This document shows, piece after piece, positions 26,801 to 41,100 of a DNA stretch of 64,000 nucleotides (positions are counted from its first letter, which is position 1; every line of letters starts with the position of its first letter). The stretch is taken from positions 20,088,001-20,152,000 of the forward strand of contig NC_134470.1 of the NCBI RefSeq assembly GCF_964194025.1, given 5' to 3'. Origin of the DNA: Convolutriloba macropyga. Lineage: Eukaryota. The position numbers and the translations under genes were made by a program. The notes beneath the pieces were generated by a model. That model was not told the DNA's origin, searched no databases, and saw only the letters and a list, made by a program, of their open reading frames with translations.

Positions 26801-27836
26801 ACTCGGCTTCTCAGCAAAGATAGGCTTATCTTTATCATTGTAGCTGATACACAGTCAATTACAAAATTTAACAATTTAATCTGTCAAAAAACAATTTCGT
26901 GTCTTTCAGACTGGCAGCTACTATCCAAAAGGGTCGGCGTTGTAAAGCCCTCTAACAACAAAAATACCAAAGAGTTTAACAAAAAGTCCCATGAATTGCG
27001 TTGTCGTGGTGTTTGTAGTGAGCAGATAGTTTCAATTGGGAACAGCAAGATCAAGCAATCAATGATCACGGCAATTTTTCTTTCTTATTCAGCTATCGTC
27101 ACTCACCTATGTCAATCCAATAACTAAGATATCAAAATCGGATCTTCTTTTGAATGCGTTATCTCTCGACACATTTCAACATTGAATATCATATAATGGT
27201 CTTTACATACAGACTATTAGTGTCGTTTAACAACCAACTGTCGCTTTAAGTTTACACAAGCACTACAGACCGCATTTCCCAACACGTCAAGTCCGGCCAG
27301 AACGCTGTTCGGATTTGCTCACGACAAAAAATTTGTTGAAGTCAAATCGTTATCCCGATACGGTGGGTGTACATGTCAATACAATAACAATATGTTAAAA
27401 CTATTTTGCAATATCTACTTCAAATATTCTGCATATCCCTGAGTTAGACACGATAGTTCCACAAATTGTTTGAAAGGTTTCTAATTCCTATTTGAAGTTC
27501 GTCTTTGAGATGGAACCCAGACATTCAGGTGATCAAGATGCTCTCATTGTCTCCCCTCTTTTCGGTTTTCTCGACTGTATATTTTAAGTACAAACACCTG
27601 ATTATCTTTCGCCCATCCGGAATTTAAACCATTACAAGAATCCATTTTATATTTTAATACATGGGTTCTCAATTACAGTGCGTCCTCTTACCTTTGCAAC
27701 TTGATTCTCGCTTCAAAAATTATGACACCTGCCCTAACTAGTAATAACGGAGCTACTGAAAACTAATTCTGATCTGGAACCAAAACTGTTTTTGAAAAGT
27801 ATAATAGCTTTTATATTTAGTTATTACTATTAACTA

Positions 27837-28064
27837 TTAATATTTAGCAGCAATAAAGTTGTTGTACCAGTCAATTTCTTTCTGAGGTAAATTCCAATCA
27901 ACAAAGTCTGTGTCCTTGTAACTAGCGCTCAAAAATCCTTTCTTCTTCATATATTCCGAAAACCTGTAGAACTTGCCCAAAGAGACGGGGTGCATCCGGT
28001 GCCACTTGTACCTACAGTTCTGGCTAAGAAAGGGTTGGGCAACGTTCCCACTAAAACAAGACAT
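27837..28064 (-). CDS. Possible small orphan protein (75 aa)
   Basis: ATG-initiated ORF with GC content above the flanks and non-repetitive, protein-like composition. It is divergent from the CCCH gene. No homology recognised. Confidence 0.3.
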   Translation of the reverse strand: MSCFSGNVAQPFLSQNCRYKWHRMHPVSLGKFYRFSEYMKKKGFLSASYKDTDFVDWNLPQKEIDWYNNFIAAKY

Positions 28065-29661
28065 CTTAATTTAATACCATATTAAAATAATAGGGACGAC
28101 TAGTATACTACGTTGTTTTTATGGAAATAGTTTTGGAATTGTTGGGGTGCAAAGATTTGGTGTTTAAATATCAACACGCGCGGATGGGGGGGGGGTTACG
28201 TTTGGAGGTTAAAAGATAAAAGATACATTACATTTTCAAGAATACATCTTTTCACCATCATTGCGCACAAATTGAAAATCAATTGATGAGTATGTTTACT
28301 TTCATATATATTTCTACTTATATGTACAGTTTGACGATTCTGTTTTTGATTATATCAGAACACGACCTAACTAATACATATTCATCCTAAACCGCGCCAA
28401 AATGCTCAAATATCAAGTTTCGATAAAATTTTTGCTATCAGTCAAACTTTTGGAGCACTATTTTTCTTGATGACTAGACATGCTGAGAACAAATTAATCT
28501 AACCCATGGAATTTGTAACTTCCTTATGAAGCAGCAACGTTCAAACTCTTTCATATAAGCTTCATCTGTGATTTAGAGCAAAACTCTGGGATTCTCGAAA
28601 TGGTAAAACTAAGTATTAAAAATTCTTTTATGTTTCAACCATTCTTGCACGAAATAATTCCCCGTTCTTGCATAAATGTTTGTTCACTTACGCTATGAAA
28701 ATAGCCAAAACATTTAGTCCAATTATGACATAATTTGAACCTCCCGGTTTCACTGACACCGCAAACCGGGTCGTGGGTCTGGGAATGGGGCTTTCATTGC
28801 TCATCTTATTGAATCAAAGGTTGCATGCATATTCTGACCTGAAAATTACAGCTGAATCAAATTCTATAAGTACTGTATAGCCTAAGCATTTATAGCGATC
28901 CGACAATTGGATTCAAATATTTGTAGACATTTTCACTTTTCCCCGACCAGGTTACAAAAAGTGCCAGATCAAAGGCAATTTCGAACGAAACATCTCGTTA
29001 AATTGGCGTCAAATTAATTGGTTAAAGTCAGGATACCAATTAAAAATTCACTTAATTACCAATATTTTAAATTTTGATTACAGATTTCACGCCGGCAAAA
29101 TATGTATCCAACTGTGTACATTAAAAGCTGAACAAACCGGTCAGCAATTAGATGTCAAAATAAACACAGGATCAAAAACCGTCTATTTTCAAACTACGAG
29201 GATGAGAGGTGACAAACCTTGTCGGTTTATTTCTTAAAGGTGTTAATTGCACTTAAAGACAGAAATACACATCTCGTATTTCAACTATCATTTTGGCATT
29301 TTTAGTTCAAAATTTATCTGTGAACGCCTTAATTTCACATTGACAGCTAAAAGCGCAACCAATCTACGCAATTTAAAAATTTACAACTTCAGCGCAGTTT
29401 TGTTCACTGTGAACAATAATTCATTTCCGAAGCACCAGAAATTAACCAACATATGAAATTGAGCTTCCAGTTTATTTCTGCATTTGAACATCACCATTAG
29501 CATGATCATGAAGTTAAGCAGCTTAATCTGTTCGCAAGCCATCACGGACCAATTTTCGGTCAGTACCAGTTTTTAATAGTCTAGCAATTCTCACAAAACT
29601 TTAAAACCATTGAACTTTAACCTTTTATCTTTCGGTAACCTGTACATTTTGTTCCTAGAAC

Positions 29662-30345
29662 ATGTATTTCCACACTGGTGTGCTGGCACATTCCCTCTCC
29701 AGCATTCTATCCGAGGACGAAGAAGAGGGGAAAACAAACGACTTGTTTTGGCAGACGGAAGACGACGACGTTTTCCATGAACCCGAGAACAAACTGATCG
29801 CACATCGTTTGCCGAGTCCCCAGCGCGCTGTCGGCGACCGCACCATCCTGAACAAACGGAGCCCAAAACAGAGTTGCGACAGCCAAACTAGTAGCACATC
29901 GAAGGCCATAACTAGCTCGCCAAAAATCAAGGGAACTTTCTGCTTGTCCCCCAACAAGAATATACCATGGGCTATCAACGAAAAATCACTTATCGTTCCT
30001 ATTAGCAATGAGAAACTTCAATTCATCCGCAACCCGGACAAATTCAAAACCGAGATGTGCAAGGCATTCAAAAAGGGTAATTGTACTTTCGGAGAGGGCT
30101 GTCAGTTTGCTCATGGCGTGAACGAGTTGCGCCCGGTGAAGCTTCACAACAAATACAAGACTGTTAAATGCCGCAACTACGAAAGCGCTGGAACTTGTAT
30201 ACACGGGAACAATTGCGCATTCATTCATAACGTGAATGACCATAAGGAAAAAATTCACTCATTGGGTATGATGCACCTATCGGGGTTGGCTGAAAAGGAA
30301 ATCAAAGAATGGAGTGCGCGAGGAATCACTCTTAAAAGCGTCTGA
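29662..30345 (+). CDS. Tandem CCCH zinc-finger RNA-binding protein (TIS11/ZFP36/tristetraprolin-like)
   Basis: KFKTEM-C-x7-C-x5-C-x3-H, an 18-residue linker, then KYKTVK-C-x8-C-x5-C-x3-H. Lead-ins and spacing match the TTP-type tandem zinc finger. An acceptor-like tttgttcctag precedes the ATG, so an upstream exon is possible. Confidence 0.9.
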   Translation: MYFHTGVLAHSLSSILSEDEEEGKTNDLFWQTEDDDVFHEPENKLIAHRLPSPQRAVGDRTILNKRSPKQSCDSQTSSTSKAITSSPKIKGTFCLSPNKNIPWAINEKSLIVPISNEKLQFIRNPDKFKTEMCKAFKKGNCTFGEGCQFAHGVNELRPVKLHNKYKTVKCRNYESAGTCIHGNNCAFIHNVNDHKEKIHSLGMMHLSGLAEKEIKEWSARGITLKSV

Positions 30346-30880
30346 ATTGACCCGATCAATCAAACTCTAAAGATAAACTTTTAAAAATGCTTTAATTTAT
30401 ATTTCTGCCCTGGGCAAAAATTCTATCTTTTAGTTGTCGTTTCTATGTTAGTGGTCGCTTCTAAATAGTCTAATAACACGAGTAATTGTGAAATCTTTAA
30501 CAATTTGAGCCTTTATCTCATTTCTTTTGCTGAAACCAATATTTATTGACCTGGAGTACTTAATTTATAAATTGAAGAATAATGTTGAACCATAGGTGAA
30601 CGTACGAAAAACACAGGTGATGTAATTATTCAATATGAATAGGTAAATTAGGGCAAATATCAGCATGCTTATCCCATAAAGCGCATTTATTCGTAACCAT
30701 GTTGCAATTTTGGATGTCACTTTTGAATTGCTTCCTTGAATTCTTTAACACTGACTAACGTGTTTAGACTAAACTTAATAGGCTCTTTAGCTGAATATTG
30801 TTCCAGGATTACTGCACGCTACGCGCTGAACTCTTAAATGATCTACTGCAAATTACGTGGGATGTAATGTTGATTTTACA

Positions 30881-31257
30881 GGTTCTACTTTTCACCCTGA
30901 TTCATTTCACTGCGCATATCTTAAACCCCATATATAACCCCTCAACCCCACATTTAACAACTATCGTTTCACCCCGCCAATTACTAGTCGACATTGCAGG
31001 GATTAAGTTATCCACTTAATTATGAGAACATGCCTGCAAACTTAATCCCATGTTCGGTTGTGATAGTTCTATATCAAGTCCCACGGGTTGCTGAGGGCTT
31101 CGCCATGGCCAAGCGATCATTTTACTAATCAAGTAGTCTTAATTATATAAAAGATTAAAATCAGGATGAAATGATGGAAGGGTGAAATGATAGAGGGCTG
31201 AATAAATCGGGAAGAAATGACAGGGGGTTAAACAAATAGGGTGAAACACTGGAACAC
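30881..31257. mobile_element. Foldback/MULE-like element, arm type A (inverted relative to 6237-6648)
   Basis: Same arms and core as 6237-6648, with a degenerate 9-bp TSD gattttaca / gatttaaaa. Confidence 0.7.
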
Positions 31258-32397
31258 GATTTAAAAATGTCAGCAACATCAAAAACAAAAAAACTTAAAT
31301 CCCAATTTTTTGGACGTTTGTTAAATGTTCAAACAATTTGAGCTCGTCGGGTGCCGGGTTCTTCTACTTGATTCTGTCTAGATTGACTGACAACAAGTTC
31401 AACACACGAAATGTTGCTTATGATCAAAAATTGCCAATTAAGGTAGCATTGCTCTAGTTCTTTAGCCGAATAAGGTTACGCAACTTAATACCCATGTGGC
31501 ACAATATACTGAGTCATATATCCAAATAGGAAAAAGGGTATTACGTTTGGGTTTACCAAAACAAGCGTCGTCCATAAAAAATCGGATCTATTATGTTTCG
31601 GCCCCCAGCTTAGTGAGCATAACTCTTTTGACCCCTAGGCGAACGTGCTATTTTCTTACATAGTAACGTGCTATATAACAACATATAATTTGTAACTGGG
31701 GGGGGGGGGGGGGGGGCAGAATATATCCAAAAAATCAAACACAAAATTTATGGCAGCCGGAAGCTCGCGGACTGAAAAGGGGTTAAGGTAATTAGCTTTC
31801 AAGCGTTTTTTACATCCGTTAAATCAGCAGCACTTCGAGCAACACTTACCACTAACTAATACTTAAGATAACGTTAGTTGTTGCATCTGGCCCACGTAGA
31901 AAGATTTAACATAGCCGGCAAATTTCTAGACAATAGCCGCGAAATGAAATTAACTATTGAGATCCCCTAGCTAAAACACCACAAAAGCAGAAGACAAAAA
32001 ACGGCGATTCAAAATAGGATTAAAAATAGAATTCTGGCTTCAAATTATTATTTTCAAACCAAATTTCAAACAATAAGGACTTTCAAGAGATACAGCATTA
32101 TAATTATATAACCTGAGTTACTTCCGTTGAATTGAATTGTGCTTAATTCTCTTTAGAATTCTTCAGAGAGCAGAAGAATTCTAAAGAGTAAGGTAAGTCA
32201 CGAATTTTCAAAACAAGATCACACAGTTGATCAAAAACCCTGTCTATAACGCAGTTACAAATGATGTCACAAAAATAACAGCGGAGGGCACATGGCGCAT
32301 GATCAACTGGTCGCAACAGAAATATGGAAGATCGCTAATTAAAAAAACAGCAGTACAGGCGTGACCAAATTCAACACGACAAGGCTGAATTACCTCC

Positions 32398-32455
32398 AGC
32401 GTGACCAAAAATTAACTCGAGCGTGACCAAAAATTAACTCGAGCGTGACCAAAAT
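32398..32455 (+). repeat. 22-bp tandem repeat, ~2.6 copies
   Basis: agcgtgaccaaaaattaactcg is repeated. Confidence 0.85.
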
Positions 32456-32796
32456 CACCAACAATTTGGTACAAGTCAGGCAAGAGAGCCATACTTTGAC
32501 TTTTTGGTCCAAATGCAACAGGTTGTAACAAACATGTAATATTCTTGAACTACACTTCAAAGATAATTCATTCACAAGATAAAAATCACAAAAATTAAAC
32601 AAAAAGATCAAGGATGAACTATGAAAAGATAGGGAAAACGACTTCAAAACTCCTATCAAAAACCTTGAAAAACGAAAAGCAAATTAACTTGCCCCATGTC
32701 AAAATACTACTAACGAGAATGTGAATTTTAGTTCAAACATAAACCAACTAATATCGGAAGAATTGCTCTCGAACGACAGGCGGGTGGAAAAACATT

Positions 32797-32870
32797 TGAC
32801 CCGGCCGGGATTGGAACAACTGACCACCCGATTCACAACCAGATGCACTGCCCACTCGGCTATCAAGCCC
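32797..32870 (-). mobile_element. tRNA-derived SINE head or tRNA pseudogene (GTG anticodon-like loop)
   Basis: The minus strand has an A box TAGCCGAGTGG, a TTGTGAA loop and a B box GTTCCAATCC. Stems are imperfect, so this is not a functional tRNA. Confidence 0.6.
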
Positions 32871-33829
32871 TTATTTTAAGTCTGCTACAATCGATTTTAT
32901 TTCAACAAGCTTCACTTGCGAGTGAGAGCAAGAGATCACTCAAAAATGAAGAACGAAAGCGTAAAAAAGTCACTTGAGAAGTCAAAGAATATTTTAGAAA
33001 AGCGCAAAAACGGTCAAGAGAATAATTTGCATAAAAAAAGACCAACACGTTTACAATAATTGCTATGAACTTCGTTCAAGATCAATTAAACACCTTTTTC
33101 TCACTTTGCTTTAAAGAGTTGTAGAACTTCACGCCACGAAACCAATCGTTTTTCGCTCCATTTCCTGATTCGGCGTGAACGATATCACTTGACTACCAAG
33201 ATCATGAAAATATGTGAACAGATCCTCAGAAAAGGACGCTATCTTTCTTTGTATAATTCAAATTCTTTGAATTGAAATAGTATGACAAGACCTGTATTAC
33301 AACAGCAAGAAATCAAAAATTTAACAAACGTATTAATTTTTTTAAAACAAAAACTAGCCTCTGATTATCAACAGAGATCACACAACAATATCAGCACCAA
33401 AAAAGTTTGAGAAAAAAGTATTTTTCTTCATTTTCTCACTTTAAAAGCACTAAAGCACGTGACAAATAAAATCTTTAGGCGTATTATATTCTTTTAACGT
33501 TAAAAAAAGCACATAAATTGCTGTGTTAATTACACAAAGGGGCAGAGTGAGGAACAAAGACAAACAGAAAATAAGTTAAAAAATCACTGCAAAAGTTAGG
33601 CAACAACTGGTTCTTAAGCATGAAAACTATTAGTTAAAATAATTAAAATTTCAAACTAACTGATTAAATTTTGTTGTAAAAGAAAGAAAAAAACCGAAAT
33701 TCATTATTAATGCGATTAATTACAAGCAAAACAAAAAAAAATCAGGCCACAACTAAAAAACCTATTATTTATATTTCACAGAACCAGAGTCAAATTAAAA
33801 AAAAACATAACCGACTAACGCCGGGCGAG

Positions 33830-34340
33830 TTACAATCAAACAACCAGCGAACAGTTGGCTTCAGTAGTACCCAGCAGCACGGGCTCAGATGCTAGCCTTG
33901 GACGAGGGGCGAAATGGGGGTGGGGGTAAGCGGAGTAGGTGAGGGGTCAAGCGATTGGTGGCGGTGGGGGCTTAGGTTTGAGAGGGATATACGAGAGGGG
34001 GTACAGGAGCGTGAAGTGGGGCGGGGTACAATCACCAGGTACAGGAGCGTGAAGTGGCGGTGGGGGTTGATTGATTTGGTGGGATGCTATAATTCCAAGA
34101 TGATTAAGAATCACCCTTCACGCCATGAAATTGTCTCCAAAACAGTTTTCATGAATCGCATTCTTAGAGACTGGTTAGGCGCAAGGCACTTACAGAACCT
34201 AATGCCCTGCGAGCTTTACCTATTTATATAGTTTATGAGGACGGAAAGTCTAAGGGGTCAGACAAAAAACCAGTCCAGCAAAAATTGCATAAAAAACAGA
34301 AAACTGATATACTTGCTACTAACTTTGTCTGAGAGCAATT
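33830..34340. repeat. Dispersed repeat with G-rich core (second copy ~42500-42995)
   Basis: Shared blocks gcgtgaagtgg, cccttcac.ccat, ccaaaacagttt, tgaggacg.aaa and gggtcagacaaaaaa occur in the same order in both copies. Confidence 0.7.
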
Positions 34341-37300
34341 AATAATAAATATTCGACTGAATACCATAAACAAGTTCACTTTTGCCTCACAAAAAACCCA
34401 ATGTGCCCATTAATTTCTGAGACTAGATGAAGAGACGACAAACAGAACAAATTCTGGCAATATTGAACAATTCACAAATAATTATTGAAATCACAGTGTG
34501 ATAAAAAACTTTAGCATGAACTGCAGACACTCAACAGTTTTAAATGACTCACTCCAAACCCAATGAGAAGGAAACAAAAAAAACAAAAAAACGGGCAAAA
34601 CAAAAAAGTCATAAAAACCATAACCTACCAATTGAGGGATTCAAAAAAAACAATTAAGGACCATTAGAACACACGCGCACGTATTATCTTAAATAGCATT
34701 AGCAAAAACCAAGAGCAAAAACAGTGCAAACAGCAGTCATGCAGATGGTGAAAAGATTTTATTCAGACACTTTTCACTCCACTTTGAGCGCAAATCGAGA
34801 AAAATCCACAATCCACCCTTTAAAACAACTCGCTTTTTCGTTTACTTTACTAATCGAGCGTAACCAAAATCACCACCAATTTGTGAGATTAATACTTAAG
34901 ACAACTAAGCCGAAAGACTCCGGAATGCAGTCAAAGTACAGCTGTACTGAAGCCCCCGCCAACTCCTTGCTAACAAGAATCAACTATTTACTGATATAAA
35001 TACTCATATAAACATAACACCAACTACAACAAACAAGTAAAATAAAATAAAAATAAAATACTAAATCTGATGCCATTTTCTTGAAATTTACCAATTCAAA
35101 TTGCGGTATCAAAACAATTAAACTGAACAAACCCTCTCATACAGTTGGTTTTACTCGGAAGATGACTTTCTGAAGATACCCTGTAATAGTGCTCCTGTTC
35201 AATCAGTTACCAGCCAGACGACATAAACACTAAACACAAGTTATAACGAAGATCATTAATTTCAGTAAAAACGGGCCTATCAAACATTCAACTGTATCTT
35301 CGGAATACCAAGATCCAGAGATAGTCCTTAGAAAACTAATGAACAAAAGTTTATTCAGGAAAGCACAAAAAAACATTTAAAATAAACAGGTCAAAATACG
35401 GCTCGTTTTTGAAATGTTCCAATCAAACCAAAAGGTTACTGAAACCCCTATAAAAACTAATTTCAACCCAAAAAACTTTCTAAGGAGGTGTATATTTGAA
35501 AACTGATACAACAATTGCTAAAAGAGGTATAAAACTGCGAACTTACAACAATAGATCCAAAAGCCTTATACATGCTTAAGAAGGTCCTAATGCTCCCAAA
35601 CGTCCATTTACTTGTTCATTTATGTGAGGGAAAACCATTTTGGTACAATATTTTAGAGTTAAACCAGAAAACTGATTCAAAAATACAGCATATGAATAAA
35701 TAAGACGCTCCACCAATACTCCTCTCGAGTAGTAAAAAATCAGCGAACCAAAACAGTCTAAAACCACGATGAGACCAATAACTACCCCGTCAGCGCTTCG
35801 CGGCCATTAATAAACAAGTTTAATTGGTTTCTCCATTCTTTTGTTTCCCTACGTTTGGAACATAAGCGTTTTCTCTATCTTTTGCTTCACTCGGCAAATG
35901 GTTCGTAAAGTTTCGTATCATATTGCGAAAAAAAGTTGGAAGTAAAAAAAGATCAGCGAGAAAATGAATAAATAGTACAACAAATTTTAAAAAGTGCCTT
36001 AAATAAAAGCTAATGAGGTGCATCTAACGCGGCTGCTGAACTCAGCGAAACGCGAAATTTACTTTCATTCATTCTTTTCCCTCGCCATAAAGTCACAGGT
36101 GTCAAGCGTTTGATGCATGCTTTCGACTGACAGCTGACTAGAGTAATTTCAGCCAGACAGCTCACGAAAATCTGCATAAGCTGCAGAAAGTTCCGACGTA
36201 GGTTATCCAGTAAAAAGATACTGGGATAGCTGACTAAACAAACAAAACAAATATGGACTCATGCCCGTCAAACTTATGAATAGATTTTTCTGATAATGAA
36301 AAGCAATCAAGACATTAATTTCAAATAGTCAGTTCAAAACAAAATAATTTCGAAAGAATCTCTTGTTTCAAAAGTCTGTTCAATACTCTTAGAGATGAAA
36401 CATTTGAGAAATCCAAAAATTGAAGTAAAAAGGCAACAAGGCGAATCGGCGATACGGCAATGCTCCAACCGCCAATTGACAAGCAGTTTATCAAAACTTG
36501 ATAACACGAGACCTGCATAACTTAGATACATATCAACAAAAGTTTACTTTTGCTCCTCTTAAAAAGCGGTTCGTTAAATCCCCGTAGTTTTTCATAGTCC
36601 GCTTTACTTCCCATTCATTGTTGCATCTTTTGTAGAAAACTGACAAAGAGTTTTGAAATCGGACTTGGTTTTTACCCTTTGGTATTTAACCGTCAAATGT
36701 AAACATTGACATCATTTCAAGTAAAAAAAGAAAGTTGACGGCTCAAAACTGATAAAAATAGTATAACTATTTAACGTATGCTTAACTCGTTCAGGACCCT
36801 TGAGTGTGGTCATTCCCCAACAATGAGACACATCCGTTTAATTCAGATCAACTAAATTATATTCGAAATTTTATACATCAATTCTTTTTATTTCACTGGA
36901 ATGAACACCCGCGGACAAATGGAAAGACAGACATGAAATCAACTCTAATGCAACTTTTAAGAAGCAAAAAATAATTTTTTATCAAGTGAACAACTTATTT
37001 TAACAAAAAACAACAAAAAAAATGACTCACTTAGAAAACTAAATAGAGAATGCAAAAGTAGATCAAATTCAAATTAAGTTTACCAAAGGTATAGAATAAT
37101 TAGGTAAAATACGATTGCAGTAGTACGCGTTTGCCCTTGGAATTTATCGAAAGGTCAATTCATTAAAAACGTATGAAATAAAAACAGAAAGGACCCTGAA
37201 CAAGACATCATATTTGGTGCTTACCAAATGCAACCTCACAGTAAATGCGAAGAACTAAAACACATTATGAATCTCATCTGACATCTTGTTAAAGACATAA

Positions 37301-38194
37301 GTTGTGAGTCGACAAAACAATACTGAAGGGCAGAGCTTTCCAAAGTCTGTTATTATATATGAAAAACCAATCGTTGTCGAATGAACAATTTCTGAAGTTT
37401 CAAATATATGTCTTGAAGAAACCGAGTGGACTTGCCAACAATCAAAATAAATGATAAGACCAATTGTAAAGAACCGAGTTTAAAAAAGAGAAAACTCAAA
37501 CATTGCGAATATTTACGATATTAAATTGCGTCATTTTTAAATCGATTATTATCCAACAAATAAATTGGAAATTTAGATTCAGACATGGTCAGTTTTGACG
37601 AATGAAACTTCAATAAATGAGATTGAAGGGCCAGAAAAAGCCATGAATGGCCTACAGATCAATTCAAACAATAGAATCTATGCACAATTAAGACAAAAAA
37701 TATCGCAAATTTTAGACTGAGTAAATCAGTTTAAGCATTTCAAGCATTGATAGATTCTTATAAAAGGGCATTCGGGTATAAAAAAAGGTTAATAACAGTG
37801 TTACTAGTATCCTTTATTACACTAGAACAATAGAACAAAAAGAATGACAGACATTAAATTAGTTCTAAATAAATTTCACGTTTTGAAAGAGACAATTTTA
37901 TTAAGTAAATAACTAAATTTACCAAACAAAAAATGAGATCCAGAAATCAAAATCTAACTATCCCGTTATAAAAATAGAGTTCAAACTGTATAATCACTCA
38001 AGTAACAACTTTATCACTAATCAGTTTCACCTCCCATTAGTTTCTATAAGCCTCAAAGAGCTCATTGGATGGATTTATGGACACGTTTTAATCTGAAGCA
38101 GGTAGAACCTCTTGTTACTGAGAACAATTGACAAGTCGACAGAACAATATTGAGGGGTCAATTTTATTCTATAATCTTATTTTTGAATAAATTT

Positions 38195-41100
38195 TAAAAA
38201 TCTGAAACCATTCGCTGTTTAACGGAAAAATTCAGAAAATTCATTTATTTTTTATAAAAAACAGTGAAAATCCATACATAGACGACTCCTCCAAATTTTT
38301 ACAAAATTAAAATGCATCCCTTCATTTTAATTATGAGTAGCTACCAAATAAAAATAAATTTAGATTGGAGTAGGCCTCATTTTTGACTTTGACTTTAAAA
38401 AATGAGATTGAAGAAAAAACAAAAAATGGTCAAAATAAAAAATTCTATTATTCTAAGAAAAAAAACAGAAAGCTTTCAGTGATAAAAGCCCAAATCTATT
38501 ATCTCTAGTCATTGATTGCCACCCCTTATTCGAGCACTGAACTCATCAAGACCTTTCATTACTTAGACTGAAAAAACTACAGAAAAACGAGTCAAAACGC
38601 AAAAAGTAAGTTAAGTAAAACAAATAGTTTCAAAGTAATCAATGTCATAAACTATCAATTGTGAAAATACTTACTTTCAATTAGACTTTGTAATAACTTC
38701 AAGGACACTTGTCAGTATTGAGACTGAAACAAAACAAAAAAGAACACGCTAATTGAAAATTACTTTAGTGTCAAAGTCAACAAAATCAATAGCTGTCGTA
38801 GACCAATTCAGTAAAAAGCATATATTCAGCATTAAAACAAATGCATTGCATTTATTATACTGCATGTTTGATTCTAAAACACTACAATGAGACAAAATAA
38901 AAATCTCAACATCACTTCAGGGTTACGAAAACCCGTAAATACTATATATTTTAGCATAATTGTGCAAATATCAACGAACTGTTTATTTCTAATATTCCAA
39001 AAATGTGAAAGAAATCAGTGTGAAAAGGTATATAATCGCAACAAACTCGCTCACTAATCGAAAAAGACAAAATTTTGAAAGAGCATTTAATTTGACACTT
39101 ACCGCTGGTTGTCCTTTCTAGTAATACCACTCACAACTCTATACAAAAAGTATATCGATAAATATTTTGAAAATGATTTTATAAATCTGAAACCATTCGC
39201 CGTTTAAAGGAGAAACTCAGAAACTTCATTTATTTCCCTTGAAAGACCATTGATTTTTTAGGCAATCAGATATTGCTAGGTCCATTTGTAAACAACGAAA
39301 TTCAAAAGAAATATAAAACAGTGAAAAACAATATAGACATCCTCCAATTTTTCTACAAAATTAAATGGCATCCTTTCAAATTTATATTCATGATTAGCTA
39401 TCAAATGAAAAAGAAACTTAGATTTTAGTAGGCCTCATTTTTGACCTACGAAGATTTGAGAAAATGAGAATAAAGGGCAAGACAAGACAAAAAACGGTCG
39501 AACTAAAAAAAATTCTAAGTTTTTAAAAAAACGTTCAGCTTTCAGTGATGATCAAAACCCCACGATATGATCTCTAGTAAATGATTACAGCCCTTTGTTA
39601 CATCACTGAAGTCATCGAAACCTTTCATTACTCAGACTGTGAAAAACTACAGAAAAAGCCGTCAAAACAAAAAATAAGTCTTTAATAAAACAAATAGTTT
39701 CAAAGTAACCAATGTCATAAACTATCAATTGTCAACTTTAACAGCTTTCAATTAGACTTTGTGATAATTTCAGAGACACTTGTCAGTATTCAGACTGTAA
39801 CAAAAAAATAAAGAACAACGCAATTGAAAATTACTTTAGTGTCAAAACCAACAAAATCATTAGTTGTCGTAGACCAATTCAGAAAAAAAGCATAAATTCA
39901 GCAATAAAACAAAAGCATTGCATTTGGTATGCTCCAGCAGAAAGTCAAGAGAAAAACCAAAGAGGACATCAAACTGCCGCAACAACGAAAAACAAATAGT
40001 AGCTCTAAAAAGCGAAATATCCAGATCCGAATCTAAACGCGTTTGATTCTAAAAAAAACTACAATGACACAAAATAATAACCTCAATATCGCTTCAGGGT
40101 TACTAAAAATGTGAAGGAAATCAGTGTGAAAAATTAAATGTTCACAAACGCGCTAACTGCTGGAAAAAGACAAAATTTTGAAAAAGAGCTTTCAAATTCA
40201 AACTTAACGCTGGATGGCCTTTCTAGTAAAAAAACACACTCACAGCTCTATACAATACGTATATCGATCGGCCAGTATTGACTGAACAAAAAACACAGTT
40301 GAACATATGATTCCTTCCTCCCAAAATTAGGGTAGGAAGAATGCGAAAATAACTCAAATTAATAGTTACCGAAAACTTCAAGTTCGATTGACGATTTTTG
40401 GTATCAAAAAACCCTTGCTTTGACCTATGCATTGACTTGACCTCATCAAAGACATGCAATATTATCCTGTACAACTACTGTCCTTATAAAAATTAAAAAT
40501 AAAACAAAAAAGCTACAAACTCTGCTTAACTTAAAAAGATTTCTGATTAACTATATAATTACCACTTGTAAAAATTCCGCTGGGGGAAATAATTTGATTC
40601 TGCAATAATTAAAGCATTTAGCAAAAAACCTAGAAACCAAACCCAAATAGTCACGTGTTCTGAAAACTGATACAGTTCAATTTGTCATTTCCATGTCATT
40701 TCTTCTCATATTAATTCATCCTCAAAGGTTTTCCCAATAAATTTGAAAAAACTGAATTACAGGGATACCATGAAAACTGCTTAGTTTTTGAAGAACTCTG
40801 CAAATTCAAAAATAATATGCAAACCCAACAACATGCAAACAACAAAATGCAAACCCAATTCCTTATAATTTTTGCTGTTAAAATTAAAATTACCAAATAC
40901 AACCTTACAGAAAAATTCCCAAATTGAAGCTAATGAGAACAGGCATACACGTTTAAAACTGAAGCAGCTAAAACCTTTTGTTAATCAGAATTGTTAACAA
41001 TTCGACAAAACACCATTCAGGGGCCAATTTTTCAAATAGTCTGGTTTTTTTTTGAAAGATTTTAAGATATTTGAAACCATTCGCCATTTAAAGGACAAAA

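Noticed and set aside
29591-30258. Antisense ORFs over the CCCH gene, and short ORFs overlapping pPolB, protease and MCP
   Set aside because: Shadow frames of real coding sequence with no recognisable motifs.
32797-32870. Functional tRNA-His gene
   Set aside because: The acceptor, anticodon and T stems pair poorly and the B box is mutated (GTTCCAATCC). Better explained as a SINE head or pseudogene.
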